From contig OZ024742.1 of assembly GCA_964016885.1 (NCBI GenBank), forward strand, positions 36,084,001 through 36,148,000: DNA of 64,000 nt, written 5' to 3'. Made by a program: the position numbers and the translations under genes. Shown piece after piece: positions 55,761 to 64,000 of the stretch. How positions within the stretch are numbered: position 1 is the stretch's first letter; each line of letters opens with the position of its first letter. The stretch is from Eledone cirrhosa (Eukaryota). The notes under the pieces were generated by a model that saw only the letters and a program-made list of their open reading frames with translations, was not told the origin of the DNA and made no database searches.

Positions 55761-55973
55761 TATATATTTATATATATAATGTAGGAGGTGAGTTTTATTG
55801 TAGTACAATAAAGCAATGCAGATATCGGATAAGTAGCACTCTACAGTTTATAGGACTGGAGTATGAATAATATATAACATCAAAAAAAAGTTAAAAGAGT
55901 TCCATGTATTTTATATGTTGATTTAAAACTGCACTATTCACAAGTGTGTTTTAACCTTCATATCATGTCTCCC

Positions 55974-56044
55974 TATTTTATCTGACGAAAACGCAAATGT
56001 TATTGCATGATGATATTTGTTTTTGAAATGCGCATAATAAAATA
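55974..56044 (+). ncRNA. Type-I hammerhead ribozyme (family E) in element 55780-56078
   Basis: TATTTTAT-CTGACGA-...-GAAAT-GCGC-ATA-ATAAAATA. Confidence 0.85.
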
Positions 56045-56072
56045 CATGGAACTCTTTTAACCATCTTTTGAT

Positions 56073-56134
<62 letters not shown>

Positions 56135-56150
56135 AAGAGTGAAGAATAAC

Positions 56151-56181
<31 letters not shown>

Positions 56182-56332
56182 GAAACAACACAATCAGTAC
56201 ACTATATGGAAGGGATATATTAGGTTAACGCTTGATATAGCAGGAAGAGGGGCTTAATGATATATATATATATATATATATATCAATGTCAATGATATTA
56301 ATAAATGAAAACTATCTTTATAAAACCATATT

Positions 56333-56393
56333 TATTTTATTATATATATTTCAAGGGTACCAAAATTTGAATACGCACTCATCAGATAAAATA
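56333..56393 (-). ncRNA. Hammerhead ribozyme, left inverted repeat
   Basis: Mirror of 56879-56939 with some stem II decay. Confidence 0.72.
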
Positions 56394-56878
56394 CAAAAGT
56401 TGTTTTATAAATAGTGACATATACAAAAAACAAGAACTTATCGTTTTAAGTTCTGTTTGAATAGTGAAAGAAATTTCAAATCTTAGGATGAATATGTTAA
56501 TGAGGCTGACGTGAAGTTGAAAAAGATCGTTATATTTAGAAGCTAGGTAAATTTAAATAATTATTAGGATAATTTTTAAGGGAAGAAGAGAGAGAGGTTA
56601 ATATTAATATTAGGGTGTAAGAAAATTTAAGGAATGAATATAAGAAAAAAATATATTATAGTTAGAAATAGACTACTATTATTAACATATAATTGTATGG
56701 ATCATATCAATGATGGTGTAAAGAGAGTGAAATAATTATATTTTGTTTATTTAATTATATAATTATATATTTTGGTAGTATCTATAAAATAATATGAGAA
56801 TTATAAATGTGTTGAAGTGGTGGAATACCAATTTTAAAAATTGAGAGTTACTACTAACTATTTATAAAACAACTTTTG

Positions 56879-56939
56879 TATTTTATCTGATGAGAGCGTA
56901 CCAAAATGTTGGTACCCTTGAAATATATATAATAAAATA
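56879..56939 (+). ncRNA. Hammerhead ribozyme, right inverted repeat
   Basis: TATTTTAT-CTGATGA-GAGC-GTACCAA-AATG-TTGGTAC-CCTT-GAAAT-ATAT-ATA-ATAAAATA. Confidence 0.82.
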
Positions 56940-56963
56940 AATATGGTTTTATAAAGATAGTTT

Positions 56964-57016
<53 letters not shown>

Positions 57017-58001
57017 TGTATGTATGTAAAAGGGAAACAGAAATAACAAGAGAATCGGTACAGTATGTATGAATAGTGTGTGTAACCGAGACTGCACCAC
57101 CGTGTATATCTAATATACATATCTAATATGTATGTAAACATAGCAGAAAATACGAATTTCCCTATAAATTGAAAAATATGATAGACATCTTTTATAAATT
57201 TTCGAAACTGATTTTTTTATGGGTGTGTATACCCAGGTGGTGCTATTAAGTTAGACATGGCCTGGGCCAATACTGGGCGAAACCTATCAAAGTTATACCC
57301 ATTCGTTTTTAGTAATATTCCAAAATGCACATACTGCTTTGCATATAGTTAGAACTCGTTTTGGTAATTAATTTAGATATATGTGTTCATTATCTATAGA
57401 GTTCATTCTATTAATCTATATATCTGTCTGTCCGTCTATCTCTCAGAGAGAACCATATCACTTTGCTATATATGGTAAACCAATCTCTCAAAAGCAGAGA
57501 TGGAATTTACATACATATATTGAGAAGTGCGTTAGTAGCCTAAGTGTATGATAAAGTTATATCTGTATAAATACAAAGTGTATAACCGAGACTGCCCCAA
57601 CGTGTATAAGTATATACACATATCTAATATGTAGGCATATTCCATTAAAGATGTTTATCCATTTTTCAATTTACAAGGAAATCCATATTTTCTGGTATTT
57701 TACACTCTTACATATTAGATATGTGTATATGATTATATGCATTGGTGCAGTCTCGGTTGTCAATTCTGTATTTATACAGATATAACAATCTCAGACACTT
57801 AGTCTGAAAGCGCACTTCTCAATGTGTGTGTCTCTGTGTGTGTCTGTGTCTGTGTCTGCGTATGTATATATGTGGATGTATGTGTGTATGTGTGTGTGTC
57901 TATATGGGTGTATATATGTGGTTGATGCGCTTATATATCCAAGTAAGAGTTTATATGGATATACGTATAGATGCGTGCATCTGGTTTTATGTGTGTATGT
58001 A

Positions 58002-58061
<60 letters not shown>

Positions 58062-58065
<4 letters not shown>

Positions 58066-58495
58066 TAAACGGAATAGAAAATGCTGAGAAATTGTTCACA
58101 GTTGAAAAATGGTTTAATTAGGAATAAAAGAGTATTAGTGATTGTATGGGTTAGTATTCAGTTGTGGTTTTAAGTTTTTAAGTTTTTACCGGTTGCGCAT
58201 TTCTAAATGCTTTTCAAAAATAATTTTGAGATAGAGTGTCCGTGCTGTTTGCTCTGATCAGAGCAAACAGCACGGATACTCTATTTCAAAATTATTTTTG
58301 AAAAGCATTTAGAAATGCGCAACCGGTAAAAACTTAAAAACTTAAAACCACAACTGAATACTAACCCATACAATCACTAATACTCTTTTATTCCTAATTA
58401 AACCATTTTTCAACTGTGAACAATTTCTCAGCATTTTCTATTCCGTTTCCCAATATATAATAACTTGTGTGTTACACCTCTATTCTTTTAACTAT
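58062..58495. repeat. ~392-bp zero-spacer palindrome (family F fold-back)
   Basis: 58062-58453 is inverted about GCTCTGA|TCAGAGC (58257/58258). Confidence 0.92.
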
Positions 58496-58959
58496 ATATA
58501 TATATATATATTTCGTTTCTGAATTTGTTTAGCAAGATTCTTTATCTGAAAACGTGCGTTGAAACCGATATTGTTATACTTTGGAGGGTCATGTTGCCAA
58601 TAAGAAACACACGCACCAGTTGCTTTCACTTCAATTTATTATAAATTAAATTTATAAATTTAACAATTTATAAATTTCCGGTTGGTTGGTTGGTTCCACA
58701 ACCAGACGATTGTTCATATATTGTCAAAGTTCTTTCGTCACACATTCTGTGACCTCTTCAGTGACTGGGGGTTCTTTTCTTTGTTTTTGTGCCTCTCCTT
58801 TGTTCTGTCCTACGCCATCTTGTTTTTGTGTGTGTTGTGTGCTTAGTTTGCGCATGTGTTACATCCGGGTGTCTGTGTGTGTTTATATTTGTTTATTTAT
58901 TTGTTTATTTACATGTTACTGGTTGGTTGGTTGTTCTATGTGCGTGTGTGTTTTCATTT

Positions 58960-59520
58960 TGTCCTTAATTGTAAGTTGAGATGTTGCTATTCCATTCATG
59001 CTTTCTATTTAATTTTGGTTGGAGTTCATTTATGTTGATTGCGTCTGTGATTTGTCTAAACATTGCGCCTTTTCTGTGTGTAGATTCTATTTTTATTTCT
59101 ATGTTCTTTAATTTACCCTTATGTTCTATTTTAGCATGTTGGTAGAGTACAGATGATTCTTTACTATCTTGAAGGTCTCGCCAGTGTTCATTTATCCGTT
59201 CCCCTACACTACGAGCTGTCTCACCTATGTACACTATATTCTTAGCTCTACATTGTCCTTAAGTACATCTTATGCTATATACTACATTTCTAGTTTTACA
59301 GTTAATATTGGGGCTTAATTTACAGGTTATACATTTCTTATCGATACAGGGGGGTCTTTGAAAAGGGTATGTATTGCTAATAAGTGTTTTTATGGAGGTA
59401 CCTGGTCTTTCTACTATCTTAATATTGAGTTTATGTTTATCTAGGGCCCTTCTGAATTCAATACCTTCTGTACAATACATAGAGCACTCTTCTTTCCTTT
59501 ACCTTTTCTACGGAAATATT
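58960..59520 (-). pseudogene. GIY-YIG endonuclease end of a second Penelope-like element (Naiad-like), 5'-truncated in (TG)n
   Basis: IVERPGTSIK...YPF..PPC..KKCITC...CKTRNVVYSIRCT*GQC...YIGETARSVGERINEH...SVLYQH...FRQITDAI...LNRKHEW, with one in-frame TAA. Confidence 0.85.
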
Positions 59521-59636
<116 letters not shown>

Positions 59637-59682
59637 GTATATATATATGTATATATACACAAACACACACACACACACACGC

Positions 59683-59713
<31 letters not shown>

Positions 59714-59733
59714 CATATATATATATATCTATA

Positions 59734-59767
<34 letters not shown>

Positions 59768-59820
59768 CATACATACATACATATATATATATATATACAT
59801 ATATATATATTTATATGTAC

Positions 59821-59921
<101 letters not shown>

Positions 59922-60504
59922 CATATATATATTTACATATATATATATACATATATATATATAGCCACTCTTTTACTGCGCAAAAGACATTGAATATCTA
60001 GTCAGTTGATTGGTCTGGTAGATTGCTTCAGGCGTTGCGTTACTTTTTCCACCATCACCGAAAATAACAATACTGTAATAGTAATAAGAAAAAACATTAT
60101 ATATATATATATATATATATAAATATATATGTGTGTGTGTGTACTTTTTTCATTGTCTGAAATATATGTATGTGTGTATGTCTTCTGTATTTAACACCAT
60201 TGTTGTCAGTTATATTAGATGTACTAAGAGGTAATGTGTATTATAAGATGGCATAAACTGTTGTGTCTTGAAATAGAATCAGGTATATATGTTTCGGGTT
60301 CAAATCCGATATATGGATTTAGGTTACTTAGCAACTAAAACACAATTTGGTTTTTACAGACCACGAAGGGCGGGTTCTGCACATTTTCATGTAGACCTGT
60401 GTGGTTTTACAGTCATTTTCTCTCGTAGAGCTCTTTTACAGGCGTTTTTCCTCATATTTTGTGAGGAAACGCTGGACTGAAAATTGGTATTATTGTCTAG
60501 TTCA

Positions 60505-60694
60505 ATAGGGCGGTGGATTGGCAGTATCGGTTGAGGGTCGGACGCCATGCTTTGACGGATGGAGTTACGGCCCTTGCCATTCTGAGTTCAAATCCCGCCG
60601 AGGTTAACTTTGCCTTTCATCCTTACGGGGTCGATAAAATAAAGTACCAGTAATGCACTGGGAATTTGCTGGCCTTGTGCCAAAAGTAGAAACA
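60505..60694 (+). mobile_element. Full-length S1 SINE with 16-bp target-site duplication
   Basis: ATTATTGTCTAGTTCA at 60489-60504 and 60695-60710. Confidence 0.93.
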
Positions 60695-61140
60695 ATTATT
60701 GTCTAGTTCAGTTGTTTGCCTTAAATTTCTCCAGGGAAATTAAGATGCTTCTAGAAACTAAGATATGAGTGGTAATGAGTAAAGTTGCTAGTGGAAATTC
60801 AACGAGATTGGACGGTCAACGCTAGGATTTATACGGGATCTCTACTGTAAGGGGTGCTGTCGACTACAATTAGCAGTAGATTATAAGCATTCTAAGGTAT
60901 GTGAAACAGGAATGCTGGAACAATTGAGGAATGTGTCTAGTGCGGGACATTAATATTTTCAGGTGTCTAATTCTGTTAAATGCAGAGTAAATAGTTTAGG
61001 TTACGATAGCATCTTGGTTAGTAATAGTAATTACTACACCTACTGATAATGCTAGCTCCTATGTGAAGTAGAGCGGTGTTAACTAAGTACCTTGAACCAT
61101 GGAGAGGCTTCAAATTACATTAAAGGATATACTAATCCAA

Positions 61141-61260
61141 AGGACTAGCGTCCGAAACGTTAAGACCCTCTTCCTGCTATATCAAGCGTTAACTTAATAT
61201 ATCCCTTCCATATACTGTACCGATTGTGTTGTTATTTCTGTTTACCTTTTACATACATAC

Positions 61261-61292
<32 letters not shown>

Positions 61293-61370
61293 AGGTAAAC
61301 AGAAATAACAACACAATCGGTACAGTATATGGAAGGGATATATTAGGTTAACGCTTGATATAGCAGGAAG
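61141..61370. repeat. Two tail-to-tail family A terminal fragments around a TA/TG microsatellite
   Basis: 61141-61255(+) starts inside the HHR (GGACTAGCGTCCGAAACGTTAAGA). 61294-61370 is its reverse complement. Confidence 0.8.
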
Positions 61371-61639
61371 ATAATCGAAACATTGTTTCATTAATCAGTA
61401 AACTTGTGCAATATTTCAACTCTATACGTCGGCATTAATTTTGCATATCCAACGGAAATACTTACCAATCAACCTTTACAAATGTATTCTTCTCTTATAT
61501 TGATATCATCGTTATCGTTTATATGAAATCAAAAATCAACTTTTGCTTTCGATTATTCTGATAATGTTCAGTAATATATGTCTTGCAAAATATTTCTAGG
61601 CAGCAGAAGAGAAATATGAGGTAGAAACTATCTTACCCT

Positions 61640-62056
61640 GCACCTCTTCGTCCCGACAGGATGAAGAATATATTTACCCGGTGGACGGTGACGGAGACGC
61701 GCTGGTAGAGCCACTCCACCAGGGCGAAGGCTTGCAGCTTCACGCACCCAACTCAGCTCCGATGGCCATGAGCGGGGGCTGGGGTCCAGGGGCCAAGAAT
61801 AATGGTAGTCTTCACTGCTACTCGCTCTACCACAAACATATCAGAAAGCGGTCGATACTCGGACAGTTTGCCATCTTCGGCGTGGCAAACTGCGGATCCT
61901 AAGCTGGCAGCCGACGCACCATGTTGCCGCTAGAGAAGGTGCCACATCGGGTAGCATGACAGACGTGTGGCCTACCGCCACGGTACGGGAAGATTGTGAT
62001 GCCGTCTGGCCGTTTGCCGCCCCCTCCGTCCAGTCGCACTGGCACGAGCTCAGGCT
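61640..62056 (-). pseudogene. CRE-clade RLE domain remnant
   Basis: Minus strand DGGGGKRPDGITIFPYRGGR...AEDGKLSEY...VAVKTT...WLYQRVSVTVHR. Confidence 0.75.
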
Positions 62057-62361
62057 ATGAGTTTAGTGCAAACATATATATATATGTCGAGTCACTCTTG
62101 AGTGCTACTGGTAACATGTACAACCTGTCGAATGATCGGGTCGTCGGAGACTAAATCGGCAACACCATCAAGTTTACTTGGTGAGGAGGATAATTTTGGA
62201 CACCCTGCAGGACAAAAAACAAAACCTGACAAAGGGCGGAAGAACAAATAGAAGTCAACGGCCATCCAAAAATGTGTAAATATGTATATACACATATACA
62301 TATGTATATATGTGTATGCATATGTGCATGTGTATGTATATACGCCAAGACATAGAAATAG

Positions 62362-62826
<465 letters not shown>

Positions 62827-63128
62827 CAACCAGGTTTGTTGGTCTTTATTCTCTCGTTCACGATTTCACCGAATTTAAATTCATAGAAATCTGGGACTTG
62901 TCTCTTTCTTCATCACTTTCTGTTGCTTAAACCATTTTGTTTGTTTACCCTCGCGTCCCCTTTATTTACGTGTCCCAACGACTTCTTTTAGCCGTTGCTC
63001 GCACCAACCGGAGGTATATGGTCTTTAAAGCGATGTAATGCCTATGATGGTTGGAAGATCACTGATGAAGGACAAACTTTTTCATATGTAACCCATTTGC
63101 AACGCCGCAGCTCCATTATTATCATATT

Positions 63129-63195
<67 letters not shown>

Positions 63196-63220
63196 GTGTG
63201 TATGTATGTATCTATCTATC

Positions 63221-63297
<77 letters not shown>

Positions 63298-64000
63298 GTA
63301 TATATAAACGTACATATAAACGCACACACAGACAATGTGAGAGAATGAGGGAGAAAAATATATCAGCGAGAGGGGGTGGAGGGTGGAGCTAAAAAAACTG
63401 TTGGAAAATAGATATAAATGAAATTAAAAGAAGACAAAAAGAAAGAAAATATAGAGTGAAAGAATGAAGGAAACGAAGGAAGGATCGATCTAACGAACAA
63501 AGGAGAGGACATAGTAAGGAATATGTGGGGGCAAAAAAGGAAAAAACAAACAGATATAAGATGGAAGACGCTGAAAGCCGTCTGAAGGCGTTATAGACAG
63601 AAGACACGTAATATTGGTGGGAACAACCAATGAAAATGTAAAGAGAAATACGCCATCAAAGACAGTGAATGAAAGAAAGGAAGAAAACGAATGAAGGCAA
63701 ATAAGTAGAGGATTTCAATGAGATTAATGTAAATACATGAGGATTGTATGTAAATAGAATATCTAATAAACATCTATATAGACACAAAGAATGTATGTAT
63801 ATATATATATATATATATATGCGCACGCACAGCCACATATGTACACACACTCATATATATATATGCGTGTGTGTGCGTGTACATATATATATACATATAT
63901 GTATGTATGCATATATATATATGAAGGTATTATGTTTGTATATATATATATATATATATATATACAGGGTGTCCCAGAAATGTATACACACTTCAACAGC

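Larger units (their letters stand above)
56308..56965. mobile_element. Non-coding ~660-bp element bounded by ~105-bp inverted repeats, each carrying an outward-facing hammerhead
   Basis: 56308-56415 is the reverse complement of 56857-56964. (TA)n on both sides. Confidence 0.82.

Noticed and set aside
59259-59261. In-frame stop in the Naiad-like GIY-YIG as a possible selenocysteine codon
   Set aside because: The codon is TAA, not TGA, and does not replace an evident conserved Cys.
63062-63095. CTGATGA-AGG-ACAAA-CTT motif (also isolated CTGATGA at 23424 and CTGAAAA at 3686 and 58546)
   Set aside because: GAAA and/or stem I are missing, so these cannot be supported as ribozymes.

Overview
This is a repeat-saturated animal genomic window with no recognisable host protein-coding exon. 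The SINE content and extreme (TA)n/(CA)n load suggest an Octopus-like cephalopod, which is an inference. Most short ORFs in the track are microsatellite read-through. Real coding content is all retroelement-derived: two intact, divergent R4/Dong-type RLE non-LTR elements in (TAA)n (31468-35118, 35584-38976), three tandem 1670-bp 5'-truncated copies of the second one, a decayed full-length Tx1/L1-clade LINE plus a second fragment, a Neptune-like Penelope element (RT + GIY-YIG), a Naiad-like GIY-YIG remnant, and RTE and CRE fragments. Several tRNA-derived SINEs are also present. The signal the ORF track misses is non-coding. I read by eye about 20 intact or decayed minimal type-I hammerhead ribozyme (HHR) motifs from roughly 10 sequence families, most with palindromic stem III. 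They sit in (i) a 494-bp tandem 'retrozyme' array folded into a 1.6-kb palindrome (19155-21170), with diverged relatives at about 53 kb and 14.5 kb, and (ii) short fold-back Penelope-terminus elements inserted in (TA)n. Some carry non-canonical cores (U3-A8 with GCAA; CCGA). Together they suggest a Penelope-driven ribozyme/circular-RNA mobile system. Ribozyme activity is predicted from motif only.
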